Shown: positions 36,661 through 47,363 of the stretch, piece by piece
Layout: every line of letters starts with the position of its first letter
Position numbering within the stretch: position 1 is the stretch's first letter
NCBI GenBank assembly: GCA_965116905.1
Contig: OZ220732.1
Location: forward strand, 2,592,001 to 2,656,000
DNA length: 64,000 nt
Reading direction: 5' to 3'
Origin: Longimicrobiales bacterium
Lineage (GTDB): Bacteria; Gemmatimonadota; Gemmatimonadetes; Longimicrobiales; Gaopeijiaceae
The notes under the pieces: model-generated
What the model was told of the DNA's origin: nothing
What the model saw: only the letters and a program-made list of their open reading frames with translations
The model's database searches: none
Translations under genes and position numbers: made by a program

Positions 36661-38178
36661 ATGATCGAATCGGTACTTGTCGCCAACCGGGGTGAGATCG
36701 CGCTGCGCGTGATTCGGGGGGCGCGGGAGCTGGGCATCCGCACCATCGCGGTCTTTTCGGAGGCCGATCGGCAGTCGCCCCACGTGGTTCACGCCGACGA
36801 GGCGGTCCTGATCGGCCCCGCGGCCGCGTCGGAGAGCTACCTCGATATCGGCCGCATCCTCAAGGCGGCGCTCGCTCGCCGGGCAGCTGCGGTTCATCCG
36901 GGCTATGGCTTTCTGGCGGAGCGCGCGGACTTTGCCAGAGCCGTTACGGAGGCGGGACTGGTTTTCGTCGGGCCGTCGGCCGAGACCATCGGGGCGATGG
37001 GGGACAAGACCGAAGCGCGCCGCCGCATGGCGGCCGCTGGTGTGCCCGTGGTGCCGGGCACCACGTCTCCGCTGGCCTCCGGCTCCGAGGCGCGCGAGGC
37101 GGCGGGGGAGGTGGGACTGCCGGTCGTGCTCAAGGCCGCGGCGGGTGGCGGCGGAAAGGGGATGCGCGTGGTGCGCCGCCTCAATGAGGTGGCGGCCGCG
37201 TTTGACGCCGCGGCCCGCGAGGCGCGGGCGGCGTTCGGGGACGGCAGCGTCTACGTGGAGCGTTTTCTGGAGCGCCCGCGGCACATCGAGGTGCAACTCT
37301 TCGGCGACGGCTCCGGCAACGTGGTCCACCTCCATGAACGGGAATGCTCGATCCAGCGGCGGCACCAGAAGCTGATCGAGGAGGCCCCGTCGTCGCTCTT
37401 GAGTCCCGAGGAGCGCCGGGCAATGGGCGAGTCCGCGGTACGCGCCGCGCGTGCGGTGGACTACGTCGGTGCGGGAACGGTCGAATTCCTCTATCAGGAC
37501 GGTGAGTTCTTCTTCCTGGAGATGAACACGCGCCTCCAGGTCGAGCACCCGGTTACGGAGCTCGTCACAGGCGTCGACCTGGTCGAGTGGCAGTTCCGGG
37601 TGGCCTCCGGCGAGGCCCTGCCGATGCGGCAGTCGGAGATCCCGTTGCGCGGGCACGCCATCGAGTGCCGCATTACCAGCGAGTCGCCCTTCGATGGGTT
37701 CCTCCCGGCGACGGGAACGGTGAGTCACCTGGAGATCCCCGGGGGCCCCGGTGTGCGCTGGGACGGAGGCATCGCCGTGGGCAACGAAATCGGCCTGCAC
37801 TACGATCCGCTGCTTGGCAAGCTGATCGCGGCGGCCCCCGACCGCGAGTCGGCCATCAGGCGCATGCAACGGGCGCTGGAGGAGTTGAGAATCGCCGGCG
37901 TCTCGACCTGCACTCCGCTCCTGCGACGGATCCTGGACGAGCCCGACTTTCGCGCCGGGCTGCTGTCGACCGCGTACCTGGCCGAGCACCCCGAATTGTT
38001 CGAGACCGGACTCGGCGATGCGTCGCGCAGGGCCGCGGTGGTGGCGGCGGTACTCCTGGAGCACGAGCGCCGCGCGACCGTTCCGGCCCCGCGGATTCGG
38101 CGGGAAGGCCTGCGGTTTTCGGACTGGCGCGCCGGGACCGCCCCCTGGATCGCCCCGGTTGCGGACGGGCACGGATGA
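36661..38178 (+). CDS. accC: Biotin carboxylase subunit (AccC/PccA-type)
   Basis: VLVANRGEIA, HPGYGFLAE, GGGGKGMR, ERECSIQRRHQK and EMNTRLQVEHPVTE. Confidence 0.95.
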   Translation: MIESVLVANRGEIALRVIRGARELGIRTIAVFSEADRQSPHVVHADEAVLIGPAAASESYLDIGRILKAALARRAAAVHPGYGFLAERADFARAVTEAGLVFVGPSAETIGAMGDKTEARRRMAAAGVPVVPGTTSPLASGSEAREAAGEVGLPVVLKAAAGGGGKGMRVVRRLNEVAAAFDAAAREARAAFGDGSVYVERFLERPRHIEVQLFGDGSGNVVHLHERECSIQRRHQKLIEEAPSSLLSPEERRAMGESAVRAARAVDYVGAGTVEFLYQDGEFFFLEMNTRLQVEHPVTELVTGVDLVEWQFRVASGEALPMRQSEIPLRGHAIECRITSESPFDGFLPATGTVSHLEIPGGPGVRWDGGIAVGNEIGLHYDPLLGKLIAAAPDRESAIRRMQRALEELRIAGVSTCTPLLRRILDEPDFRAGLLSTAYLAEHPELFETGLGDASRRAAVVAAVLLEHERRATVPAPRIRREGLRFSDWRAGTAPWIAPVADGHG

Positions 38179-38723
38179 GGTCCCCACGGGCCAAGGATCG
38201 CCCCGGGTCGCGGTACGTCGTTTCCGTGGCCGGGGAGACGCACGACGTGGTCGTCGGCGTGGACGGAGAGGTCGTGATCGACGGCCGCACGCATGAGGCC
38301 TCGCTGTCCGGTGGCGCCCAGGCGCGGATGCGGACCCTGATCCTGGACGGGAAGCCGGTGGCGGTGTACGCGGAGGCCCGGGGTGGGGGGCTGTGGGATA
38401 TCGACCTGGGCGGCGGCCGCGCCGGCGTGGAGGTCCTGGATGCACGCGCGGCGCGCGTGCGGGCCCTGTCGACGGACTCCGGGAGCGAGCGCGGAGCGGC
38501 CGCCCTGAAGGCGCCCATGCCGGGCCTGGTCGTGCAGGTCGCCGTGGAGACGGGCGAGATCGTGGAGGCGGGCGCCGCGGTGGTGATCGTGGAGGCGATG
38601 AAGATGGAGAACGAGCTCAGGGCAGCGGCTGCGGCGCGGGTGGAGCGCATCCTCGTCGCTCCGGGCCAGGCCGTGGAGAAGGGTCAGGTTCTGGTGGAGT
38701 TTTCCGAGGAGGAGGACGCGTGA
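38175..38723 (+). CDS. Biotin carboxyl carrier protein subunit
   Basis: APMPG and EAMKMENE biotinylation motifs. ATGA overlap. Confidence 0.92.
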   Translation: MRSPRAKDRPGSRYVVSVAGETHDVVVGVDGEVVIDGRTHEASLSGGAQARMRTLILDGKPVAVYAEARGGGLWDIDLGGGRAGVEVLDARAARVRALSTDSGSERGAAALKAPMPGLVVQVAVETGEIVEAGAAVVIVEAMKMENELRAAAAARVERILVAPGQAVEKGQVLVEFSEEEDA

Positions 38724-40267
38724 GCACGCGGGACGACGTCCCCGTATTCGACTGCCTGCCCTCGGGATTCCGGACGGGCGAGGACCTGGGCGAGCCGGGC
38801 GCGTTCCCCTACACGCGCGGCATCCACCGCACGATGTACCTCGGACGGCGCTGGACGATGCGGCAGTATGCCGGCTTCGGCACTGCCGAGGAGACCAACG
38901 CGCGCTACCACTTTCTGCTCGGCCAGGGGACGACGGGGCTGTCGGTGGCCTTCGACCTCCCCACCCAGATGGGCTACGACTCGGACGCCCCCGTGGCGGC
39001 GGGCGAGGTGGGCCGCGTCGGCGTCGCGATCGATTCCATCGCCGACATGCGCACGCTCCTGCGCGGTATCGATGTGGGGGCCGTCTCGTGCTCGATGACG
39101 ATCAACGCCACCGCTCCCATCCTGCTCGCCCTGTACACCGCCGTGGCGGACGAGGCCGGCGTGCCGCGGACGCGGTTGCGCGGCACCGTCCAGAACGATG
39201 TCCTCAAGGAATACATCGCTCGCGGCACGTACATCTATCCGGTCGAGCCGTCGTTGCGCCTGGTCGGCGATCTGATGTCCTTCTGCGCGCGCGAACTGCC
39301 TGGCTGGAACACGATCTCGGTCTCGGGCTACCACATTCGCGAGGCCGGCTCGACCGCGGCCCAGGAGATCGCCTTCACGCTTGCGAACGGTCTTGAGTAC
39401 GTGCGGCGCGCACGGGCCCGGGGCATCGCGCTGGAGGACTTCGCACCCCGGATGTCCTTCTTCTTCGCCGCCCACAACGACCTGTTCGAGGAAGTGGCCA
39501 AGTTTCGCGCAGCCCGCCGGATCTGGGCCCGGACCATGAGGGAGCGCTTCGGCGCTTCGGACCGCTCGTGCAAACTGCGATTCCACACGCAGACCGGGGG
39601 ATCGACGCTGACGGCCCAGCAACCGATGAACAACGTGATCCGCGTGACCGTGCAGGCCCTGGCCGCCGTGCTGGGCGGCACGCAGTCGCTGCACACGAAC
39701 GGGTACGACGAAGCCCTGGCGCTGCCCACCGCGGACGCCGCCGCCCTGGCCCTGCGGACCCAGCAGATCCTGGCCGAGGAGTCGGGGGCGGCGGACCGGG
39801 TCGATCCGCTGGGCGGCAGCTTTCTGGTCGAACACCTCACGGACCGGCTCGAGGCGGAGGCGCTGGCGCAGATGGCGCGGATCGACGACCTCGGCGGCGC
39901 CTCGCGGGCCATCGAATTCATGCAGGAGGAAATCCACCGTGCGGCGTACCGACACCAGCTCGATATCGAATCGGGCGAGAGGGTGGTCGTGGGCGTGAAC
40001 CGGTACGAGACCGGGGAGCCGGCGGAACCTCCGCCCGGTCCCGGTTTCGGGGAGCTCGAGGCGCGTCAGCTCGAGGCGCTCGGGAGGCTCCGGGCCAACA
40101 GGGACGCGGGCTCGGTGGAGCGGCAACTGAGCCGTCTCAGGGAGGTCGCTCGCGGTGACGGCAATCTGCTGCCGGTGATGGTCGAGGCGGTGAAGGCCGA
40201 GGCTACGCTCGGCGAGATCAGCGATGCGCTCAGGAGCGTGTGGGGCACCTACGGCGCGGGCGCGTGA
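38720..40267 (+). CDS. Methylmalonyl-CoA mutase, substrate-binding subunit (no B12-binding domain)
   Basis: [14 protein letters not shown] (Tyr specificity residue), [19 protein letters not shown] and DPLGGS. GTGA overlap with GGAGG RBS. Confidence 0.92.
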   Translation: MSTRDDVPVFDCLPSGFRTGEDLGEPGAFPYTRGIHRTMYLGRRWTMRQYAGFGTAEETNARYHFLLGQGTTGLSVAFDLPTQMGYDSDAPVAAGEVGRVGVAIDSIADMRTLLRGIDVGAVSCSMTINATAPILLALYTAVADEAGVPRTRLRGTVQNDVLKEYIARGTYIYPVEPSLRLVGDLMSFCARELPGWNTISVSGYHIREAGSTAAQEIAFTLANGLEYVRRARARGIALEDFAPRMSFFFAAHNDLFEEVAKFRAARRIWARTMRERFGASDRSCKLRFHTQTGGSTLTAQQPMNNVIRVTVQALAAVLGGTQSLHTNGYDEALALPTADAAALALRTQQILAEESGAADRVDPLGGSFLVEHLTDRLEAEALAQMARIDDLGGASRAIEFMQEEIHRAAYRHQLDIESGERVVVGVNRYETGEPAEPPPGPGFGELEARQLEALGRLRANRDAGSVERQLSRLREVARGDGNLLPVMVEAVKAEATLGEISDALRSVWGTYGAGA

Positions 40268-40395
40268 TTCCCGCGTGCGACTGCAAGGCCGCCGCGCCGG
40301 GGACGGCGAATGGCCCCGCAGTGATTCGCGCGTGTCGTGTTATCATTGAAGCCGCAACGACGGTCTTCTCGCCAGGCCCCCGAACCGACGCCGAC

Positions 40396-40821
40396 ATGCC
40401 TACGTACGAATACCGATGCCGCGCCTGTGGCCGTGATTTCGAACTCTTCCAGAGGATGAGCGACGAACCCCGTGCTCCCTGTCCCGATTGCGGCAGCCGG
40501 GCCGAGCGTCTCATCTCCGGGGGCGCGGGACTGCTGTTCAAGGGCGACGGATTCTATATCACCGACTACCGCTCGGAGGCGTACCGGGAGCGGGCCCGGC
40601 AGGAGTCCGGGGCCGGAGCGGACGCCGGATCCGGGAACGGAGCGGATGCCGGGTCCGGGTCCGGGAATGGAGCGGGTGCCGACGGCGGGAAAACGGAATC
40701 GAAGGCGGCGAACAAGGGCATCGGGGACGGTGCGAAGCGGGGCGCAGCCGCCGGCAGGCGGGACGACTCGGGGCAGACGCGCAGGGCGGACAAGGCGGCA
40801 AGTTCGACGCGAGGCGAGTAG
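40396..40821 (+). CDS. FmdB-family zinc-ribbon protein with low-complexity tail
   Basis: MPTYEYRCRAC…CPDC and FKGDGFYITDY motifs; GADAGSGN repeats in the tail. Confidence 0.9.
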   Translation: MPTYEYRCRACGRDFELFQRMSDEPRAPCPDCGSRAERLISGGAGLLFKGDGFYITDYRSEAYRERARQESGAGADAGSGNGADAGSGSGNGAGADGGKTESKAANKGIGDGAKRGAAAGRRDDSGQTRRADKAASSTRGE

Positions 40822-40825
40822 GTCC

Positions 40826-42496
40826 ATGCTCATCGAGCGAATCTCGGACGCCCTGCGCGAGGCGGCCGGCGAGTTCGGAGCCGCGGACGTACGCTTTCGG
40901 CTCGACCGCCCCAGGGACGCGAAACACGGCGACCTGGCCTCGAACGTGGCGTTGGCGCTTTCGTCGCGGCTTCGGCGTGCGCCCCGCGACATCGCGCTGG
41001 AGCTGAGGACGCGCCTGGAGGGAATCACGGGAGTGGACCGGATCGAGATCGCCGGCCCGGGGTTTCTCAATTTCTTCCTCGAAGAGACGGCGGTGGGGCG
41101 GATCCTCCACGAGATCCAGGAGGCCGGCAGGGCGTTCGGCCGCAATGACAGCGGCGGCGGACACGAGATCATGGTGGAATTCGTGTCGGCCAATCCCACC
41201 GGCCCGCTGCACCTGGGGCATGGCCGCCAGGCGGCATTGGGCGACGCCATCGCAAGTCTCCTCGAGTGGTCGGCGTGGAGCGTCCACCGCGAGTTCTATT
41301 TCAACGATGCCGGCGCGCAGATCGAGAGGCTGGCGGAGAGCGTGCGCGCGCGGTACCTGCAGCTGCTCGGCCACGAGGCGAGGGTGCCGAAAGGGGGATA
41401 CCAGGGCACGTACGTCGTGGACATTGCGCAGTCGTTCCGGGACGAGGTCGGCGACCGCTACGAGAGTGACGAGAGCGATGCGGCCCTGGAGGCGATGCGC
41501 CGGCACGCGGTTCGCGTATTGCGTGCGGAGCAGGAAAGGGACCTGGCGGCGTTCGGCGTCCGGTTCGACGAATACTACCCGGAAACACGCCTCTACGCCG
41601 ACGGACGGGTCGCTGCGACGATCCGGGCGCTCGACGACACCGGGCTTACCTACGCAAAGGACGGCGCCGCGTGGCTCCGCACCACCGCGTTCGGCGACCA
41701 GAAGGACCGCGTCATGGTCAAGAGCGACGGAACGCCGACCTATTTCCTGCCGGATGTCGCGTACCACATGTCCAAGTGGGACAGGGGCTTCCGCGAGGTG
41801 GTCAACGTGCAGGGCTCGGACCACCACAGCACGGTCGACCGTGTGCAGGCGGGGCTCCAGGCCCTGGGCCGGCCGGCGGGATACCCCGAGTACGTGCTGC
41901 ATCAGATGGTGACCGTCGAACGGGGCGGGGAAGAGGTCCGGTTTTCGAAGCGGGCCGGTTCGTACACCACGCTCGCGGAGCTGGTGGAAGAGGTGGGGGC
42001 GGACGTAGCGCGGTACTTCTTCCTCATGCGACGCCCCGAGGCGCATCTGACTTTCGATCTGGACCTGGCGCTGGACCAGTCCGACAAGAACCCGGTGTAC
42101 AAGATCAAGTATGCCCATGCCCGCGTGTGCCGGATCTTCGAGCTTGCACGGAAGAGGGGATGGGCGAGGCCCAAGGGTGCCGACACGCGGCCGCTCGCCT
42201 TTCGCATGGAACGCGAGTTGATCAACCGCTTGCGCGAGTTCCCCGATTACCTGCACCGGGCGGCCACGGCCCGCGCTCCGCACGTCGTCTGTGACTACCT
42301 GGAAAAGACTGCCGGACTGGTCAATTCCTGGTATCAGACGGGGCATCCCACGCGGGGCCCCGAGCGGGCCGTGCTGGTCGAGGACAGGGAACTGCGCGAC
42401 GCCCGCCTGACCCTGGCGGATGCCGCGCGGATCGTGTTGCGCAACGGGCTGGAGGTACTGGGGCTGGAGGCCCCGGAGCGAATGGTGAGGTCGTGA
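40826..42496 (+). CDS. argS: Arginine--tRNA ligase
   Basis: HGDLASN, AGPGFLNF, VEFVSANPTGPLHLGH, FSKRAG, YAHAR and C-terminal APERM. Confidence 0.96.
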   Translation: MLIERISDALREAAGEFGAADVRFRLDRPRDAKHGDLASNVALALSSRLRRAPRDIALELRTRLEGITGVDRIEIAGPGFLNFFLEETAVGRILHEIQEAGRAFGRNDSGGGHEIMVEFVSANPTGPLHLGHGRQAALGDAIASLLEWSAWSVHREFYFNDAGAQIERLAESVRARYLQLLGHEARVPKGGYQGTYVVDIAQSFRDEVGDRYESDESDAALEAMRRHAVRVLRAEQERDLAAFGVRFDEYYPETRLYADGRVAATIRALDDTGLTYAKDGAAWLRTTAFGDQKDRVMVKSDGTPTYFLPDVAYHMSKWDRGFREVVNVQGSDHHSTVDRVQAGLQALGRPAGYPEYVLHQMVTVERGGEEVRFSKRAGSYTTLAELVEEVGADVARYFFLMRRPEAHLTFDLDLALDQSDKNPVYKIKYAHARVCRIFELARKRGWARPKGADTRPLAFRMERELINRLREFPDYLHRAATARAPHVVCDYLEKTAGLVNSWYQTGHPTRGPERAVLVEDRELRDARLTLADAARIVLRNGLEVLGLEAPERMVRS

Positions 42497-42581
42497 TCCG
42501 CCACCTTGGCATCGCGGCTCGAGAGCCCGCGGGAGCTGGTTGTCAGGTTCCCTGCACGACCATTCGGAACGGGTGAGAGCG

Positions 42582-43475
42582 GTGGCCATTCTCGTGGTGG
42601 GCTCGGTCGCTCTCGATGCGGTGGAAACGCGGGCGGGCAGCGTCGATGGCGTGATCGGCGGCTCGGCGGTCTTCTTCTCGGCGGCGGCCTCCCTGTTGAC
42701 GAAGGTGCGCGTGGTTGGCGTCGTCGGCGACGACTACCCCCTTGAGCAGCTCGGCTTCATGCGCGACCGGGGAGTGGATTTCGACGGCCTTGCCCGGATG
42801 CCCGGCGAGAGCTTCTTCTGGGGTGGACGCTATAGCGACGACTTCCGCGCCCGGACAACCACGGAAACGCGCCTGGGTGTCTTTGCCGACTTCAATCCGA
42901 CGGTTCCTTCCGCGTACCGCGACTCGCGCGTGGTGTTCCTCGGCAACATCGATCCGGCTCTGCAGATCAGGGTGTTGGACCAGGTCGGACGGCCCCGGCT
43001 GGTGGCGGCCGACACCATGAACTTCTGGATCGAGCGAGCGCGCGGAGCGCTCGAGCGCGTGCTTGCGCGTCTGGACGTCCTGCTCGTCAACGACGAGGAG
43101 GCGGTTCAGCTGGCGGGCGACGACGACCTGAAGAGTGCCGTCGCGCGGATCCGGGACATGGGTCCCGCCGTCGTGGTGGTCAAGATGGCCGACGACGGAT
43201 CCGTCGTCTTCGGTGATGACTGGGTCTTCGAGTGCCCTGCGTGGCCCGTCGCCGACGTGATCGATCCCACCGGGGCGGGCGACGCCTTTGCCGGCGGGTT
43301 TCTCGGGTATCTCGAAGACACGGGCTCGTTCGACCGCGAAGGACTGTGCCGGGCGGCCGCGTACGGGTCCGCGATGGGCTCCTACGCAGTCGAAGCATTC
43401 TCGGTGGATCGCTTCAGAGCGCTTGAGACGAGCGCCGTGGTCCGCCGCGTACGCAACCTCCAGGAGCACGGATAG
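42582..43475 (+). CDS. PfkB-family carbohydrate/nucleoside kinase
   Basis: VVGSVALD, GGSA, DTMNFWI, NDEEA and DPTGAGDAFAGG. Confidence 0.92.
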   Translation: MAILVVGSVALDAVETRAGSVDGVIGGSAVFFSAAASLLTKVRVVGVVGDDYPLEQLGFMRDRGVDFDGLARMPGESFFWGGRYSDDFRARTTTETRLGVFADFNPTVPSAYRDSRVVFLGNIDPALQIRVLDQVGRPRLVAADTMNFWIERARGALERVLARLDVLLVNDEEAVQLAGDDDLKSAVARIRDMGPAVVVVKMADDGSVVFGDDWVFECPAWPVADVIDPTGAGDAFAGGFLGYLEDTGSFDREGLCRAAAYGSAMGSYAVEAFSVDRFRALETSAVVRRVRNLQEHG

Positions 43476-43477
43476 TC

Positions 43478-44503
43478 ATGGACGAATCTCTGACGTACAA
43501 GGACACCGGGGTCGACCTGGAGGCGGCCGATCGTGCCAAGCGTTCGCTGGGCCCGCTTATCGACGCCTCGGGCGACGAGAACACCCTGTCCGGACTGGGC
43601 GCGTTCGGCGGTCTGTACGCCGTGCCGGCAGGGCTGTCGCAGCCGGTTCTCGTTTCCAGCGCGGACGGCGTGGGCACCAAGCTCAAGGTGGCGTTCGCCG
43701 CACGCCGGCACGATACGGTCGGGCAGGACCTGGTCAACCACTGCGTGAACGACATCCTGGTGCAGGGTGCCCGGCCGCTCTTCTTCCTTGACTACCTGGC
43801 CACGGGTGACCTTGGCGGGGACGTGGTTCCGGCCGTCGTCGGGGGAGTGGCGCGGGCGTGCGGGGACAACGCGTGCACGCTGCTGGGTGGCGAGACCGCT
43901 CAGATGCCGGACTTCTACGCGCCGGGCGAATACGACCTTGCCGGGTTCATCGTGGGCGTCGTGGAGCGGGACAGGATCCTGGATGGCTCCGCCGTGCGCG
44001 CCGGCGACCGGATCATTGCGGTCGCCTCGTCCGGCTTGCACACGAACGGGTACACGCTGGCGCGCAACATCGTCTTCCAGCGCATGGCGCTCGGTGTCGA
44101 CGACGCTTTCCCCGGGGAACCGGGATCGGTTGCCGACGTGCTCCTGACCGTGCACCGTTCGTATCTGGGGACGATGTGGCCGTTGCTGGAAGCGGGCATG
44201 ATTCGCGCGCTGGCGCATGTGACGGGCGGAGGGATCCAGGGCAACCTCCCAAGGGTATTGCCGGAGGGAATGGGTGCCCGCATCGACTGTGGATCGTGGA
44301 CGGTGCCGAACGTCTTCCAGCAGCTGGAGCAGGCGGGCGGTGTATCCCGGACCGAGATGTATCGCGTATTCAACATGGGTGTCGGAATGCTTGCCGTTGT
44401 GGCGCCCGAGCGGGAGGCCGAGGTGCTGGAGATGCTCGGACACGACGCGTGGACGGCCGGGAAAGTCCTGGTGGGCGACGGGGTCGAACTGGCGGGAGTG
44501 TGA
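43478..44503 (+). CDS. purM: Phosphoribosylformylglycinamidine cyclo-ligase
   Basis: TYKDTGVD, DGVGTK, GGETAQMP, SSGLHTNGY, HVTGGG and FNMGVG. Confidence 0.96.
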   Translation: MDESLTYKDTGVDLEAADRAKRSLGPLIDASGDENTLSGLGAFGGLYAVPAGLSQPVLVSSADGVGTKLKVAFAARRHDTVGQDLVNHCVNDILVQGARPLFFLDYLATGDLGGDVVPAVVGGVARACGDNACTLLGGETAQMPDFYAPGEYDLAGFIVGVVERDRILDGSAVRAGDRIIAVASSGLHTNGYTLARNIVFQRMALGVDDAFPGEPGSVADVLLTVHRSYLGTMWPLLEAGMIRALAHVTGGGIQGNLPRVLPEGMGARIDCGSWTVPNVFQQLEQAGGVSRTEMYRVFNMGVGMLAVVAPEREAEVLEMLGHDAWTAGKVLVGDGVELAGV

Positions 44504-45585
44504 TGACGAGCCGACCGCCCGACGTTGCTCGCCTGACGAGTTCCGGCCCGGCGTCGCGCCGCTTTCGATGCTCGGGCGGCCTTATCCGCGGACTGCGATC
44601 CCTGTATCTCGCGGCCCTGATCGCGTGCGGGCCCGGGACGGCGCCCCTGCTCGCGCAGAACCTGCCGGGCCTGCCGGCATCGGTCGAGGGAGTCGCGGCG
44701 CTGGCGGACAGCTGCGCGGAAGCCGGGCCCGGCCTGGTGTCGAGCTGCCGGGAACTCGCGCTGACCACCCTGGCGATACAGCAGGGCGTGGGTCTCGCCA
44801 CCGCCCTGGGCAGCGACAACCCCGGGACCGCCAGCACACTGGGGAAACGGCTGGGCGCGGCTCCCCGGGTCAGCGTGGCGTTCTCGGCCATCGGCCTCCC
44901 GATGGAAATGCCCAGGGTGGCCGTACAGTCGGTCCGGGAGCTGTCCGAAGAGGAGAGCTTTGCGGTCGTGGGACTGCGCGGGACCATGGTCGCGGGCGTT
45001 CTCGACGGGTTTCAGCCCGCACCCGCGCTGGGAGGCGTCCTCTCGGCGGACCTGATCGCTTCCTATTCGCTGCTCAGGCTTCCTGGCGGTTCCGGATTCT
45101 CCGGGGCGTCCTCCGGCATCGGCCTGGGCACCCGGATCGGGCTGCTGCGCGAGTCGTTCACATTGCCGGGCCTCTCGGTGTCCGCCGTCCGCCGTTGGCA
45201 CAATGACGTGCAGGCGGGCGACGTTGCCGGGGGGAATCCGGGCGAGGTGCGCATGGACCTCACGGTGTCGTCCCTGCGTGCCACATTGGGCAAGAACTGG
45301 TTCGTGCTGGGGCTGATGGCCGGCGTGGGATGGGACCGCTACGACGCGGATGCGGACGTCACGGTGCTGCAGCCGGGCGGAGCCACGGCGTCCGCGGCCG
45401 GGCAGGTCAGGAGTGAACGCTCGCTGTATTTCGCGGGCGGATGGTTCAACTTCCTCATTTCCCAGATTTCGCTGGAGGTTGGCGTTGCGGAGGGCGTCAG
45501 CGACCCGTTTGCCGGTCGGGGCGGGGGATACGACCCGGCCGAGCGGGACTGGTTCGTGTCCGGCGCCGTGCGGGTTACGCTTTGA
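44503..45585 (+). CDS. Exported hypothetical protein, probable outer-membrane beta-barrel, with a MITE-derived segment in its N-terminus
   Basis: TGATG coupling to purM. Hydrophobic leader ends LLA-Q. Beta-strand-rich C-terminus. Confidence 0.75.
   Translation: MTSRPPDVARLTSSGPASRRFRCSGGLIRGLRSLYLAALIACGPGTAPLLAQNLPGLPASVEGVAALADSCAEAGPGLVSSCRELALTTLAIQQGVGLATALGSDNPGTASTLGKRLGAAPRVSVAFSAIGLPMEMPRVAVQSVRELSEEESFAVVGLRGTMVAGVLDGFQPAPALGGVLSADLIASYSLLRLPGGSGFSGASSGIGLGTRIGLLRESFTLPGLSVSAVRRWHNDVQAGDVAGGNPGEVRMDLTVSSLRATLGKNWFVLGLMAGVGWDRYDADADVTVLQPGGATASAAGQVRSERSLYFAGGWFNFLISQISLEVGVAEGVSDPFAGRGGGYDPAERDWFVSGAVRVTL
44543..44594 (+). mobile_element. Decayed partial copy (right arm) of the 9374-9549 MITE
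   Basis: 45/52 nt identical to 9494-9545 without gaps, including a degraded right TIR (CTTATCCGCGGACT). Confidence 0.75.
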
Positions 45586-46730
45586 TCGCGCGCCCACGCA
45601 CAGGATCCGAAAACCATCGCCTGAGTGAGGCGGACCGGCGCTTTCTCTCACGCGCGATCGAGTGCGGCCGTGGCGGCTGGGGCCGCGTGCACCCGAATCC
45701 GATGGTGGGCGCGGTCGTCGTGCGTGGTGACGAAGTCCTCGCCGAGGGCTTCCACGCCCGGTACGGCGGTCCCCATGCCGAGGTCTCCGCCCTCGCTGCC
45801 CTTGAAGATGCGCGCGGCGCAACGCTGTACTGCAGCCTTGAGCCGTGCAACCACCGCGGGAAGACGCCGCCCTGCACGGGGGCAATCCTCGAGGCCGGAA
45901 TCGCTCGGGTCGTGTTCTGGGCGGCCGAACCCGGGACGGAGCAGAGGGGGGGCGCGGAGCGGTTGCGCAGCCAGGGCGTGGCGGTGGATGGGCCATTCGG
46001 AGAGCCGTGCGAGTGGGCCGCCGAGAATCCCGCGTTCTTCCGCAACGCGGCGGGCAAGCGACCCTACCTCGCGCTGAAGCTCGCCGTCAGCGTGGACGGG
46101 CGCATTGCCCCGGCCGAAGGGCAGCGCGTCTGGCTGACCGGCGCAGCGTCAAGGCGTGAAGTGCACCGCCTGCGCGCGGGATTCGATGCCATACTGGTCG
46201 GTACGCGTACCTGGGAGGCGGATGACCCGATGCTTACCGCTCGGGGCGCCGTGGTGCCGCGCGTGCCTCCGGCCGCCGTGCTGCTGGATCGCTGCGGCCG
46301 GGCGTCGCCGGGTTTACGCGCGCTGCAGGGCGGGCCCGGGCCGTGCGCCGTCGTCGCCACCGCGCCGGACAGGGCCGCGGATCTGGGTCGTCGCCTGGCC
46401 GGGTGCGCGGATGTGGTTGCCGTACCCGTGGGCGAGACGGGGCTCGATCTGGCCATTCTCATGGACACTCTGGCTGAACGGGGAGTGACCAGCGTGCTGT
46501 GCGAGGGCGGAGGAGTGCTTGCGGCTTCCCTGCTCCGTGAAGGCCTGGTCGACAGGCTGTACCTTTTCGTCGCGCCGGTCGTCATCGGTGACCGGGGTGT
46601 GCCCGCGTTCCCCACGGGCCAAACCGGCGAAGGCGCTCGGGGGGCGTTGCGGTTCGAGGGGTGGAAGTCCGTCATCGACCCTTCGAGATTCGGAAACGAC
46701 ACCCTCATCGTTCTCGACCGAGGAGACTGA
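45582..46730 (+). CDS. ribD: Riboflavin biosynthesis deaminase/reductase
   Basis: PNPMVGAV, HAE, LEPCNH…PPC, KLAVSVDG and EGGG. TTGA overlap start. Confidence 0.95.
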   Translation: MIARPRTGSENHRLSEADRRFLSRAIECGRGGWGRVHPNPMVGAVVVRGDEVLAEGFHARYGGPHAEVSALAALEDARGATLYCSLEPCNHRGKTPPCTGAILEAGIARVVFWAAEPGTEQRGGAERLRSQGVAVDGPFGEPCEWAAENPAFFRNAAGKRPYLALKLAVSVDGRIAPAEGQRVWLTGAASRREVHRLRAGFDAILVGTRTWEADDPMLTARGAVVPRVPPAAVLLDRCGRASPGLRALQGGPGPCAVVATAPDRAADLGRRLAGCADVVAVPVGETGLDLAILMDTLAERGVTSVLCEGGGVLAASLLREGLVDRLYLFVAPVVIGDRGVPAFPTGQTGEGARGALRFEGWKSVIDPSRFGNDTLIVLDRGD

Positions 46731-46733
46731 CCC

Positions 46734-47363
46734 GTGTTCACCGGAATCATCGAAGCGGTCGGCGAGGTCGTGGAGACGGGCCCGCGACCGAACGGCTGCG
46801 CCCTCGTGATCGCGGCGCCGTTCGCCGACCGCCTGACCGCGGGGCAATCGGTGGCGGTCGACGGTGCGTGCCTGACGGCGCGCGCCTGTGGGGGCGGCAC
46901 CTTCGAGGTGGATGTCGGCGCCTCGACCCTGGAGCGAACCGTTGCCGGCCAATACGGCGTCGGGTCGCTCGTGAACCTGGAACGCGCGGTCCGGGTCGGC
47001 GACCGACTCGACGGACACCTCGTGCAGGGCCATGTGGACGGACGCGCCGTACTGCTCGAGCAGGTGCGTGCGGGCGATACACGCTTTCTGGCCTTTTCCC
47101 TGCCCGAGGACGTGTTCGCCACGACCATCCCGCATGGCTCGATCGCGCTGAACGGCGTCAGCCTGACCGTCAACGGCCTCCGCGATGGGTCCGTCTGCGA
47201 GGTGGCCATCATCCCGCATTCGTGGAGCCACACGAACTTTCCCGCCCTCAGACCCGGTGACGCGGTCAACGTCGAGGCCGATCTCATCGGCCGATACGTC
47301 CGCCGGGTCGTGGAATCCCGGTCCGGCGCGTTTCCGGGGGACGTCGGTATCCATGCCGTTTGA
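46734..47363 (+). CDS. ribE: Riboflavin synthase (alpha chain)
   Basis: MFTGII N-terminus, GACLT, VNLERA, GHLVQGHVD and GVSLTV. Confidence 0.96.
   Translation: MFTGIIEAVGEVVETGPRPNGCALVIAAPFADRLTAGQSVAVDGACLTARACGGGTFEVDVGASTLERTVAGQYGVGSLVNLERAVRVGDRLDGHLVQGHVDGRAVLLEQVRAGDTRFLAFSLPEDVFATTIPHGSIALNGVSLTVNGLRDGSVCEVAIIPHSWSHTNFPALRPGDAVNVEADLIGRYVRRVVESRSGAFPGDVGIHAV

Noticed and set aside
38720..40267. Mutase as a pseudogene or an isobutyryl-CoA mutase
   Set aside because: Split large/small subunit mutases are common, and the Tyr (RQYAGF) and Arg (YIARG) residues fit methylmalonyl-CoA specificity.
46728..46736. UGA read-through (Sec) fusing ribD-ribE, and likewise EIIA-HPr at 52538-52546; both are in frame with a 3-nt gap
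   Set aside because: Both downstream genes have their own canonical N-termini (riboflavin synthase needs a free MFTG). The UGA is not at a Cys-equivalent site and no SECIS is evident.
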